Shown: piece by piece, positions 38,868 to 51,326 of the stretch | How the letters are laid out: the number at the start of each line of letters is the position of its first letter | How positions within the stretch are numbered: position 1 is the stretch's first letter | Assembly (NCBI GenBank): GCA_023515725.1 | Contig: JALDTO010000098.1 | Location: 1,902,961 to 1,966,960, forward strand | Direction of reading: 5' to 3' | Length of the DNA: 64,000 nucleotides | Origin: Amoeboaphelidium protococcarum X5 | Lineage: Eukaryota; Fungi; Aphelidiomycota | Translations under genes and position numbers: made by a program | The notes under the pieces: model-generated | Told to the model about the DNA's origin: nothing | Databases searched by the model: none | The model's input: the letters and a program-made list of their open reading frames with translations, nothing else

Positions 38868-39476
38868 CCTTATTGTAATCTCTGTCCAAGTTAGAGCCTG
38901 AAACGGACAGCTAATGCCTAGGGATGTCCTATTTAAGTTCGCCTTTAGGTGTTGTCCTGTTCATTACAATCGCTAATAGAAGAGTTAACTGCGTAAATGA
39001 ATGGATAGAAAGCAACTAACCTGGCTGGCGAGAAACAATCGATCGAACGAGTTTGCCTCACACGCTCTTTAGTGTACAGTACATTTTCAAGTCTTCAAAT
39101 GACACCTCTTAATGGGTAAGCTAAGTTTTGATTAATACCATGCGATATACGTGATATTAAGCTTGTGATCTCAAGTTGCGCTGTTACATTATTGTTATTC
39201 TTAGTACAGGATTGATCTACAAACAAGCAACCTGTTGAACAAAAAATGCGAGCTATAAAGACGATAAATGCGCGGTGCAGGATAGATTTATAATCTTCTG
39301 CCACATGTAGGAATTATACATGCAGTAACTTGATAAATTCAGCGCGTTAACATTTCGACAAAAGAGAACTTATCATTGCCTAATCTGATTCTGATTGGAC
39401 TAAAACCAATCTGTAATCACACCAACCAAGTATATTTCCCCGTTCTTGCAAAGACAATCTGATCAAAAATAACACA

Positions 39477-39561
39477 TCCTCCAAGCCTGGATCGAACAGG
39501 CGACCTATCGATTACTGGATGCTATTACAGTCGAGCGCTCTTCCAGCTGAGCTATTGGAGT
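39477..39561 (-). tRNA. tRNA-Tyr(GUA) with 12-nt canonical-position intron
   Basis: ACTCCAA TA GCTC AGCTGGAA GAGC G CTCGA CT GTA A [TAGCATCCAGTA] A TCGAT AGGTC GCCTG TTCGATC CAGGC TTGGAGG A. A box, B box and a T5 Pol III terminator about 8 nt downstream. Confidence 0.88.
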
Positions 39562-40403
39562 CCTTTCAATTTTTTGGATGCCGCGAGCTGGGAGCCAAGT
39601 CGATAGCCAAAGCTTATTAATCGTATTGCTCTTGTTTCAAGTGCAGATGGCGAATATCCTGATAATATCAACGAATCTCATGCAATACAGACTTTCGATC
39701 AGATTAATTGATATAGATGAAAACCGTTGGTTTATGAAGTGCAAATAGACAATGGTGAATCTGTTCAACATCGCTTTAGTATGGAGTATAACGTTTCAAC
39801 AATATACCATCTTGTGGCCAGGAGAGTCATCATATCCGTTGTACTACTTTTCTGTACGTATTGAAGATTTCGATAGAGACTAGTTCTAATTTTCTTGATG
39901 AAACGTTCGTTCTCGGCACTGATTTCAGCCATCCTCTGTCTAGTTAAGCCTGCTTTTGGTTATCGCTAGTCATGATGCTCATAGCTGCGAAAGGATATCT
40001 TGACATGTTCTGGAAACTTTAATATTGGTTTAAAATGATAAATAATTAAATCCTGCATTGGTATTTTAGTCGACACATTCTAGTTTCATATTTCACAATT
40101 TTTGTCGTTGCTTTTGTTCTTGTCGCGTGCGTGAGTGCGCGCGCAAGTTCCTTTGTTTGTTCGTATGTTGTACTCGGCTACTGTATCAGAGTTGCAACAA
40201 CGTTGTTGCACAAAGTGTTGGCGACGAGCGAAACCACGTGAGTTAACGGACGGACATCGAGCTCGAAGGGGAAAAAATAGAAAGCGACTCCGCTCAAAAT
40301 CGCTCGTCGCAATAAAATCCCATCAACTCCTCATTCTCTTTCTTCTTCTTCTCTTCTCTCTTCATTATTGTTATCGCATTTTTAGGCATTGGCGACAGTG
40401 CTC

Positions 40404-40513
40404 CTGCATCATGATGATGTCCTCGCTTTGGATAAAGCCCCTGCTCTGTGTTGGAGTTCTGCATCGTGATGATGTACTTGCTCTGGATCGAGCCCTGCAT
40501 CGTGATGATGTAC
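40404..40513. repeat. Three dispersed copies of an ~18-bp motif CTGCATC(G/A)TGATGATGT(A/C)C
   Basis: Copies visible near 40404, 40459 and 40495. Confidence 0.7.
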
Positions 40514-41761
40514 CGGCCTCGTCGGTTCCCCTTTTTTAACCATTCTAACCTTTTCCTAAGTGATGTACATACTCCATGAGGCTCAGCGCCGCCTCTTACA
40601 GTTAGCGGGTAGACTTGAAATCCCGGCTAGAGTCAGCCTGAAACAACTTGTTTTATGACTCCACCCAGTCATGCAAGTCTTCACTGCCTGTTTCAACTAC
40701 TAATCAGCGTCTGTACCACGTACGATTGGTACCTGTAATAAGTCAGTAATAGCATTTCGACAATCTGGGTGTGTCAACATTCTCTTTTTCAACTCCGCTT
40801 TACTAAGATTATTTTATTTAACAGTTTTCACAGTAGCTGATCCTCAGAGTTAGTATACCCGTGTAGCAACCTTCGTTTCTATACACAGCCTTGCGGATGA
40901 CTATCTTGAACAGATGTCACGTAATTACTAACGGAGGCAGTGCATGTGTACCACCCCAGGGCAGCTCTATATTGCGTCCTTCCTGATGATCAGCTGCTTT
41001 CCCTGTTCCACCTAATTCTTTTCTGAGAGTCACCTTTCTCCACATCGTCCATTACCCGTCTCTTGAAAACAATTTTAATACCAGTTAGCGTGTCCCTTGT
41101 ATTTAGCTTTGATGCTGCTGCTGATGATGATGATGATGATGATGTTGATGATGTTCTTATTTCCACCGTGACGTAGAAATGTTATTACTATTACGCCTAT
41201 TATCCACCATCTAACCTACTCCGCTTCAGAGAGTCCTGTTGAGAGTCATCTTCCATTCTTCTCTTCCCCGGCCTACTATTTCTTCCACTTCCTTACTCTG
41301 CCCTTATTTTAGTGCGCTAAGTTCTCTGCTTTACTAAGATTGGCAGTAGACTAAAGTATAACGCTGCCGAGTGGTCTCGTATATCTGCTGAAGTTCTTTT
41401 ATGCCTGCTGGCATGGTCTAAATGTAATGAAAAATCCCAGAGACATTACGTTGTCTACATATGAGGCGCCGTAAAAGTACACGTTTTGTAAAGAATCACC
41501 AGGGACAAGTGCCTTATTAAGCCATTTTGCGCTTGGATATTGCTTTAGATTTACTGATAATTGTTTCTTCTAATTGGAACAGAATAGTTTTAATCATCTT
41601 CTTGTTGTTTTTGACATCAGATTTTGGTATTTTACATCGTGCCTGAATGGTAGGGCACCCAAATACACGCCAACAAAACATACATACATCTATCCATTCA
41701 AGGACATGAAGTAAAGAATAAGCCATTATAACAAAAAAACTTTATCTTAAATCAACGCCTA

Positions 41762-44700
41762 TCATAGTCCTTTCTCAATGGCAGCTCTCTACTTTTAAAG
41801 ACGCGCCAGAGTTTCCGTGGATCCGCTCTTTTCATCATCAGCCTTTCCACTTGCACCACCGCCACCAACTGATCTCAACTTTGGAAACTGAAGCCCAGGA
41901 AGGTCACTTCCACCGTTTCCATTACTCTCGGATATAGAAACTCTTGGCTTCCTCAGACCAGCACCTAATTTCAGACCTTTGATGGCATTCTCCAAGTCAC
42001 CCTTTTCCATCATGACACCAGCTTTAGGTGCAGACTGAGTGGAAGCAGCCTGAGCCATAGCAGTCTTCTTTGCGGCAGCCTGCTGTGATTGATTTGCCTT
42101 CTTAACAGCATCTTCAGTCTCCTTACGACATCTGGCAACTTGCTGATTGAAATTGAGAATCAGACTGAACATGTCCTCAACTTTGGCAGTGGCCGGATCT
42201 TCACCGTAGAGAATGAGTAGCTGACTGGATGCATCCTCCACCTTCTTACTCTTTTCCATAATCTAAGTAACTTGAATCTGAGCCTACTCCAAAAAGCTAG
42301 TCATAACTTCAATAAATTTATCCTGTGGATTCTGTTTATCACCAAGAGCCTACAACGCTGTGATCTCATTCTTGACCAAATCAATTCCAGTCTTGAGAGC
42401 TCTAACTTGAGACTAGTTAGCTTGCATAGATATTCTCGATGCAGGTTCCAAATGAGGAAGATCATCCATAAAGTCAATAAATGAGCCGCCGCTCGCCTAT
42501 TTGCTATCAGAGAATTTAATCAAGTAATGCAACAGTGTGCTCATACCAACCTTGTTCTTGTCTCCGCCATCTTTTACGGATGCAACTGGATTAGCGCGCG
42601 TATCTTTCAACTTCATCAGCGCCTCCAATTAATAACCATACGCATCACCTCTAGCACTACCACCATTCATGTAATTACCAACACCAAGCACAGTCTTAAG
42701 CAATACTTTAAACTTGGTGGATCGCTTCACCTCATTAATAGCAGAAATGACAGAGTCAAGCTCAGGATCAATTTCATTAACATCACCGTCAAACTTGCGT
42801 TTAAACAGCCAACACTCGATACGATTAGCCAGTCTAGGTACCTGAGCAATATTATGGAAATACTTTTCTGCAACTCCGAGCGAATCAAAACCTTCTGCAG
42901 TCTTGGCAACTTCCGAAATCTAATCAGCTTCATCATCAGTAGGAGTAAATTACTTCAAGGCTTTGACTTGATCAAAGGATAGTACACGATCATCCAGAGA
43001 GAAGAAGGCATTCTTAATGTCTTCGAACGGCATCTTGATTCTAGCCAATAGGATAGCAACATTGTTACCTCTATTGAAATCAACGATGCTGACCACAGTC
43101 TTCTTCGAGTCAACCTTCTCATCAGCGGCCTTCTATTGAGGAGCCATTGCATTTTTGCCAAACAGCTCTGAAAGCTCTTCCACATTCAAAGAATCTATAA
43201 TCTCCTTCTCGTCAATATCCTTCCAAATAGTCTGCTTAACATTAGAGGCGTGAATTTTATTCCAAAAGACATTCTTCATAGGAACCTTTGGCTTAATTTT
43301 AGGCTTTGGTGGCAATCCAGAGTTGGCACCACCAGGAGCACCAGGCATAGGTGGCGGACCGCCCATTCCCGGAGGTGGAGGAGGGCCACCCATGCCAGGT
43401 GGAGGAGGAGGACCTCCCATTCCAGGTGGAGGCGGTGGAGGTGGCCCAGATGCTGAATCTCCTGGTGGCGGAGGTGGCGGTGGAGCACCGGTAGTGGCAG
43501 CTTCAGTCTAGGAAGTGACAGAGGATATTGCAGCAGCAGACACTAAAGGACCGGACATTCCTTTTTGAACAGCATCTTGCGCAAGTCGGCCAATATCACC
43601 AACAATCTTATTCAGCTCTTTCCTCTAATCATCATTAAGCTTCTACTTTTCTGCAATGCTATTCAATTGCGAGCTGTTATCTTCACCCAATTTAATAACG
43701 GACAAGAATTCGGTAATAGCGGACAATACCACAGAAGAACCTTATAAGTCACCAGAGGCCTTTGATAAACCTTACTCAGCTGCAGCAAGCTTTTCCTACT
43801 GTTACTTAAGATTATCCTAAAGGGACTGCAATTCATGCTTTGGCAGAAAGGCAGTATCTGGATTCTGCAAAGTTTTCAGCTACTCAGAGAGACGTGTAAT
43901 CTCCTGTCCTTTGAGATCAACTTGAGCCTGCAGTTCGGCATTTTTATGCCTAAATTGAACCAGCTCTTCAACGACAGCACCGATACGACTGTCGAACACT
44001 TCAACAGGGCCAGTACCTCCCTTGGCAGCACGCTCAGCCATGGAAGCCTCAAAGTTCTTAACCATCATCTGGACCATCTCACTCTTTTCTCTGGCACGGG
44101 CGTTGATCTTATCAAGTTCACTTTATAACTTTTCGCACTCTTTCTCCTTAGCTGCCAGACGAGTGACAATATTAGCCATAGATTCCTGTCTTAACGACGC
44201 CGCAGACTTGGCATCCCCAGGTGCCATAGATTCACCACGAGCACGACCACTTGCAGCAGGAGGAGCCAATGAAGCAGACTCTGCACTACCAGCATCCTTG
44301 GCCTTAACAGCTAGACTGAGCTCTTAAATTTAAGCAACCTTCTCATCAAGTTGCTCCTAAAGTTTTCTGTTTTCGGACAGTAAACTAGTGACTTTGTCTT
44401 GATATTACTTCAAATCTTTTGAAGTTTATTCTGACTAGATACGAAGTAAAGCATTCGACTACTCAATCTCTGAGATCCTCTTAGTTTAGTCGGCAATAGA
44501 CTTTTCAAATGCACCAGTATCTTACACGGCTTGGACAACAGGGGCAGAGCTTGGCGAACTTTACTTACCAATCTGAGCGGTCAGATCAGTCACCTATTGT
44601 TAATGCACAGCAATCTTCTTCTCCAGTGCACTCTTCTCCTCAACTAATTAGACAATTTGCTGACGTAACTGATCTGCATCTTCATTCTAGTCTTGCAGAT

Positions 44701-47496
44701 TTTCCTCTCTTTTGTTATTCAAAGCGTTACTGTGCGCACTCTCTAGCAACTTTGCATTCTCAGTCTTCAATTAAGAGATCACATTCTGCAGTTCGATGAT
44801 TTGCTAATCGTCACTTTAATTGACAGACAAGAGAGCAGATATCTGTCCCAAAGCTGAGCCTTGATCAACGCTTAACTCTTCCTCCACCTGTTCGATAAAC
44901 TCCTTCATAAATTAAGAAAATGTTGCCACATTAATGCCATCTTCACCACTCTATTACTCAAGGCTAATTAACTTCTGCACAAAAGTTTCACAAAACTTCC
45001 AGATACGCTACTGATTCTAATATCCATCTTTCAAATGTGAGGTAGATTATTAATCCAGCTGGTCCTAAGACTCAGAACCGTATCCCACCAACAGAAGAAA
45101 GTTTTAGAGGATAGATATAAATGAAGTCTGCGCAATAATGTCATTCGACAATCTCGACATCACCTTCTTGACAACATCCCCAGGATTGCTAAAGTCCACA
45201 CCTTTACCCAACATTACAGACTGAGCAAGCTTCATATCCTGAGACATCTCTTCATCAAAAATGTCCAACTGCGTGATCATATTAGGAGTAGCATTTTTTC
45301 TCATTTACTTTACTCTTTCAGCCACCAGACCACGTCTAAAGAATTCCTCTCTCAGCTAAACTCTGCTATCAAGAGCTTCAGGAACACCAATAATTGCGTT
45401 AACCAGAGTAAGAGCAGAGGCTTTATATTCAAAAGTGGAGACTGGATTTCTGCCATCAGAGAACCCCTTTACCAATGGATCCTCATCAACAATACTCTTT
45501 ACCAAATATTCAAATCGAGCTCTCTCATTATAGAATCCCTTGAAATCGGACATGGCAGCAAGGACCATTTTATGACCCTCTGAGCTCAAGATACACAAAG
45601 CAGCCAGAATCTCAGTCACCGTAGTCCTCAACTTGTCATTACTAGAGTGTAGACAGAAAGCAATCTTTGATATGATCAACTAGCTGGTGAGGACAGTGGT
45701 AAAACCAGGCTCTGTATTCAGCAGAAAACGCATACACTTCATACATTCCACACGGATCTCTTCATCAACGTCAGATCGAGCACGGGACAATTTGGTGGGC
45801 ACTTTGAGTCCATTAGCTCTATCTAAAACAGTACCGATAGCAATAAGGCCTTTACCATTCTCAACAAACTGACGGACCCAGGTAATTTTCGCAGTAGACA
45901 GAGTGACTCTTAAATTGACCAGCAGCTTCAACAGCGACTTGGCGTTGATAGACGATGCGGACAACTTATCAATGTAAAACTGAGGAGAATTCTCATAGAT
46001 ATCCTTCTTGGAAGTGACACCCTTACTCTTGCCAAATAGACCAACACCGCCGCTACTACTAGTATTTGAATTACTTGCAGTTGGACTGGTAGGACCAGAC
46101 TTATCATCAACATCTTCATTACTGGTGAGCAAATTAGCGGACGAGATTTTTGTTTTTGTAGGAGACTGAGAGCGGCTCTCATTATAACCACCTTTTAACG
46201 CAGCCTGTCTCAAATTCTAAACCAACAAAGTAGCTTTTCTCTCCTTGTCATAAGCAAACATGCTCTTCCTCACACTCTCATTCTTCAAATTCAAGTCATC
46301 CAACAACTTGGTGAATAAATTGTCGAATTCTGAATCTGGCAGATTGAGGAGCATAGACTTTGCCTAAGCCTTATTCGCATCACTGTTACCACCTTCTGCC
46401 AAAACTTTCATAATCTCGCCAGTCTTAGTAGATCCCTTTCTGGGGGATGTCTTCTTAGTTGGAGTAGCATGCTCCACCATCGGACCAGATACATCCTAAG
46501 ACTCTGAAGTCAGAGAAGTCGATGCGCCAACGTCGCTCACAACAGCGTTAGATAGAGGAGACGGCTCTCTAGCACTGCCGTGCCCCGAACTGATACTACC
46601 GGCACTATTTATAGAGCGAGACATTTTATCTTTCACACGCAAAGCCTGAGAATTCATTCTAGATAACCAGCTACCACCAAGCTGAATCTAGAAATAATAC
46701 TAAACAACACTCTAATTGGCCATTAAACTCTAAACTTCAGCTTTCATCAGCAGCGGTCTATCAGTATCATTCAGCTTCTTAACATCAACACCGCCGGCAG
46801 AGAATTCTTTCACTTCAACAATATTATACTTGATCTGCACTTTCTTATCGGTAGACTCTTTAGTACCAAGAATACCAGGCTTCAACTGATACTCATCCAT
46901 AATGACCTCCAGCATCTGATCAGCCGTCATTGTAGGCGTGACATACACCTAACACAGATAATTCTCGGGCATCTCAGCAATACCTTTAAACTACACACGG
47001 GCCACAAATGATGAGTTGACCAACTTCAAACGGGGATTGTTTGAATCGGAAATGCTACTGGAAGGCCAGCCAGCAATTTCATCCTTCAATTAAACTTCAT
47101 TATCCAGCACCTTGATGGCAGTATCATCATTCAATTCGGGAAGAGTGAACACCAGACTTTCTCTCTTGCGTCTTCTTACAACTAACATTCTCCAATCTTC
47201 CAATTTATCCTGAAGCAACAAATCCTATCGTGCCGCCAGAGAGGACTTACGTTCCTGCTGCTTTTCAGCGCCATCTTCCACGTCCGGCATGGAGTTGGCA
47301 GCCTGGTGATGAGACATTTAAGTCACCACCTTGATCACATCTCGAACGGTAAATGAATCCTTCACCGAGATGGACTTGGAAGAGTTGTCAGCAAAATACA
47401 CTGGCACAATCTACAACACTAAAACATTAGTATAAAAACTGATTACACATGAAATTTGAGATTATAAAATCTTACAAATGACTACTCTTCTTCCAT
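41762..47496 (-). CDS. Diaphanous-related formin (tandem RA/ubiquitin-like N-terminus, GBD/FH3, coiled coil, FH1, FH2, WH2/DAD-like tail); one intron 47411-47475
   Basis: Exon 1 MEEEQSF, intron GTAAGA...CTAAT...GTAG (65 nt). GBD 'FDNLFTKLLDDLNLK', 'LRVTLSTAKITWVRQFV', 'CMKCMRFLLNTEPG'. FH1 poly-Pro at about 43330-43490. FH2 'PMKNVFWNKI', 'LVLGNYMN...AYGYQLEAL', 'LLHYL', 'YGEDP'. Ends TGA 41762-41764. Confidence 0.93.
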
Positions 47497-47802
47497 ACTG
47501 AATTCTCTACAAAACAAAGGTGAAATTTACTATAATATAAGGTGAGATGACGCAGACAATTTAATTTTGTTATGCAGAAAGAAGGGACTCAGCCACTTTT
47601 ATAAAGAATGTTCTGTGTGTCGAAACGTTGTTTGTTTGCTTGCGATTTTCGCTCTTTCCCTGCGGCTCGTTCATCTACGCCGTGAATCGCCCTCTTTGAT
47701 TGATTGATCGAATTTATGCTGGAGAAGATATTAAGATGAGCTGATGCAGGAATATTGTGGAAAGAAAGATAAACCTAATAACAAAGCACTATATGTATTG
47801 AC

Positions 47803-48692
47803 TCATTATTAAAAGACACGCTTGTAAAACTGAAAGAAACTTTCCCAGTACTGTGGTTTTAGAGGCGCATCATTGTGACCGGATCCATTGATGTTAACCA
47901 TTTGTTTGATCTTGCAGGGAGCGAGGGAAAACAATTTTCGCTGATGTTCCACAGGAATAAGCTCATCGCCGGTGCTACTAAGAAACAGCAGCGGAATATT
48001 CTCATCCAGCGTTTGAATAATCTAATCATTAGCCCAAATCTCGCTGCACAGAAATGAAAAGTACTTGAGTATGGGGAATACTTTTGGAACCAGCAGGGGT
48101 ATGTTTAGAAACGTGTTTTCTATGATCAACATCTTGATTTGAGGATATTTAGACGCTAGATATATAGCGACTGCACCGCCAATACTTTAACCGAATATAG
48201 TTATAGGCAACTTCGACTCCAGAGTTCTTTATCGCACGTACTCCATGGCCGCAACAGCATCCTCTTTGATTCCTTTCTCATCTGGCTACCCTTCGCTCTT
48301 GCCATAACCACGGTAAGAGAATATGAATACATCCACATTAACTTCAGACATGATCTTTTTCACAATCGGCAGACGATGACCCATGTTGCCTGCATTGGCG
48401 TGACAGAATAGCATAACACTCTTGGCGGCCTTAGACGGATGTTTAATGTAGTACGCGTGTAGTTTAGTCCCATCCGCACTCTAAAAGTTTACATCCTCAC
48501 CTCAAAGTCATCTAGACCATACTGTGAGGGCAGATCAACAAACTGACGCGAACCTTCGGGCATATAAGACGGATAGACAATCTTGCGTTGATTAGCATAT
48601 AAAGCAGCCGCAAACGCAGCCACTAGCACCGCGGCGATTGAAAATCCGTACTTCATCAAGAATAGAGACCAACTCTTAATACTCGTCCACAT
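47803..48692 (-). CDS. ABHD13: ABHD13/BEM46 alpha/beta-hydrolase; frame broken at 48481-48504 (20-nt intron or frameshifted allele)
   Basis: 'LYANQRKIVYPS', 'FCHANAGNMGHRLP', 'SYRGYGKSEG', 'GQSIGGAVA', 'IENTFL', 'DENIP', 'GHND'. The N- and C-terminal parts are in different frames. Confidence 0.88.
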
Positions 48693-49259
48693 TATATAGA
48701 GTTTGTACCTACTTGTGCAATCAGTGGTTGAAAATGCTATTGTACACGAAAGACAGATACGCAGAAAAGTTCCAATGAATGTTGAATTGATGAGATTAAG
48801 CGCGAACTAGTCTCGTTACATTTGAAATGCGATGCACCAATCAAAAGCTTTCACTATCATCAATTATATCGCTCTGATTATCGGTAAAAGGTCTCAAATG
48901 AGATAATTCGCTTCTCATAACCGTCCATCGGTAATTACTACCGACCAAATAAACTTACCTTCTAACCGGCAATAGTAACCGAACACGTGGGAATTGGTGA
49001 ATCATTCGCCGAATCTTTAATGAATGTGACTGTTCCTATTGGCGCCATCTCCGAGCGAGCCGAGAGCTTTCCAACGACTCGGCTGTCAAAATTGCTTTCT
49101 TCCCTCTTCAGGGAGATTCGTTTCGCGGCTTTATTTCTATTATTGTATTATTATTACAATTACGATAGTGTGTACAATCGCTCTTAAAGATAGCTCTTGA
49201 TTCTTCCTTATAAATCGTACTGTATTCATTTTAAATACTATTTATCATCGTTATCCAGA

Positions 49260-51326
49260 ATGGCTCCGAAGAATGTTGTGCCCCTGCAAGAAGTGTACCG
49301 ACGAGATGAGCTGAGGCAGTGCTTGTATCGGTTAAAGATTGCTATGGCCATCTGCTGTATATTTACGATAGTGGGAGCTTTGGGAACACCGTAATTCTAA
49401 AGTCGTATGGCTCAAGTGGCCTGCTTCTTCATTTATTTGTGCCTCCTCTTTGTCGCCAATGCCCTGTTGAGTATCAATGAGTTGCATACAATCTAGAGTG
49501 GCACAAGGATAAGTAAGATTCTGGCTGTCCTGTAGTCGCGTCGACTGAATTCTCAGGTGTAGAAATTCATAACTATATGCACTAAGAATTGTTAGGATTT
49601 ATATGGGCGTTTGACGGATATTATCGAGGTTCTCTGCTTTGTTTACATCTTCTTTTATGGTGGCCTCACTGCGTTATGTGCTTATTTTAACCCTATCCTG
49701 GTGGTTGTAAATATCGTATTTATTAGTAACATGCCTCTGCTCGCGTATACTATGGCCTATTCGCGTCGATTCTTTATAGTGATTAATATTTACACCTTCT
49801 TGGTTCTGGGAATAGTATTGAGCGTTATAGATGCTGCCGATTTTGCCAGTCAAAACTTGGTAGATGTTAAAATTGGTATATGTTTCTACCATTGTGCGTT
49901 CGTGAGTTTGATATCGTATCAAATGGTTTGTAATTATGAGTGGTATGACAGAAGAGTGTAAGGTCTGTTCAAGTAGGCTGAGGAAAGTAATATAGCCAAA
50001 GACAATTTTCTTAATACAGTCTCTCATGAACTTCGTAATCCACTGCATTGCATTAATGGCTCACTTCATTTACTTTAACAGACTGATATGACTGCAGAAT
50101 AGGAAGAACTTGTGAACACGTTGAAAGATTGTACCACCACTTTATCCTCTATAATTGGCAATGTTCTTGATGCTTCCAAGATATCGTCATCGCAGCCCAA
50201 ATTTGTTGTCCAGAAGTTTAGTGTTTATGATTTGGTTAAAAGATTGAATAGCATTTACGCGTCACTATGTAAAGCCAAGAGTTTGGACTATAAGTTCGTC
50301 TTTGCTGGCAGAGATGATTTCATGCGCTGGTGCAAATAAATTCAATTTCTTGGCGATGAAGGTAAAATCTAGCAGGTACTTAATAACTTGGTCACTAATG
50401 CTATAAAATTTACAGAAAGTGGCTCTGTTTCACTATAAATTGAAAAAGTCCCACTAGTTTAGAAGGAAGATGCTTCCTCCTCTGTTACTCTACAATTCAC
50501 TGTTAGAGATACTGGTATTGGTGTTTCTAAGCAGTTTGAGGAATAGTTATTTTAAAAGTTTACCCAATAAGATAACAGCATTTTGAGAAACTATGGTGGT
50601 AGTGGTCTTGGTCTGTATATCAGTAGAGAATTGGCAGATTTTATGGGTGGTTGTTTATCTTATGATCGCGAACAGGCTGGAGACCGCGGCGCATGTTTTA
50701 TATTTCAAGTTCCTTTGTAAATTGACACTACTAATCATGTGCCTGCAGAGTCAGATGGACGTGTATTATCACCTGTTAGTGACTAATCGACTTTGTCAGA
50801 TGAAAGTAATGGGGAAATAGCTGTACAATATGAAAGTTCATCAGATTCTGCGATTGATTTGTGTAAGTAATAAGCTTATAAAAGGAAGAAGATGAAAGTG
50901 TTCATAGTTGATGATGATTCTATTGTCAGGACACTGATGGTTCGTATTCTAATGAAGTGGAACTACGATGTTTAGGAGTACATGATTGCCACTGATGCTC
51001 TGAATGACATAAATACTGGACAGAATAGAGCTGACGTAATATTTCTCGATCTGCAAATGCCCGTAATGGATGGATTTAGTTGTCTGAATTTACTTACTAT
51101 GTCTAAGTGCAAGTAGCTTGGTATCACATGTGACAGTATCGATTAAATCACTCCCTAGTAGATGGACACTCTTAGGAATACTTTACCATTGGTGTATATA
51201 ATGTCTGGCAATGTTCTCGATTCTGAGCGAGAGAAATGTGTTGCAGCTAAAGATTTTCTGAGCAAGCCTGTACAGTTTAAGTAACTGCAAACCACTTTAT
51301 AATAGTGTGAGTCTTTAATTGTTTGA
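49260..51326 (+). CDS. Membrane-bound hybrid sensor histidine kinase (multi-TM + HisKA + HATPase_c + receiver)
   Basis: About 5-6 hydrophobic helices. H-box 'FLNTVSHELRNPL', N-box 'QQVLNNLVTNAIKFT', 'DTGIG', 'YGGSGLGLYIS', receiver 'VDDD...IFLDLQMPVMDG...FLSKP'. Ends TGA 51324-51326. Confidence 0.93.

Noticed and set aside
39477-39561. tRNA as the suppressor that decodes UAA/UAG
   Set aside because: The anticodon is GUA with a Tyr-type body and intron, not UUA or CUA.
40404-40513. CRISPR-like repeat-spacer array
   Set aside because: Only three short imperfect repeats with unequal spacing, a eukaryotic context and no cas genes.
43323-43511. Gly-rich plus-strand ORF
   Set aside because: Antisense of the formin FH1 poly-proline region.
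48920-49020. Possible U1-like snRNA (ACTTACCT) with small hairpins
   Set aside because: No U1 stem-loop I or II motifs and no Sm site follow, and the short hairpins are compatible with chance.
49260-51326. Bacterial contamination suggested by the two-component kinase
   Set aside because: It uses TAR=Gln and is flanked by eukaryotic genes with spliceosomal introns.
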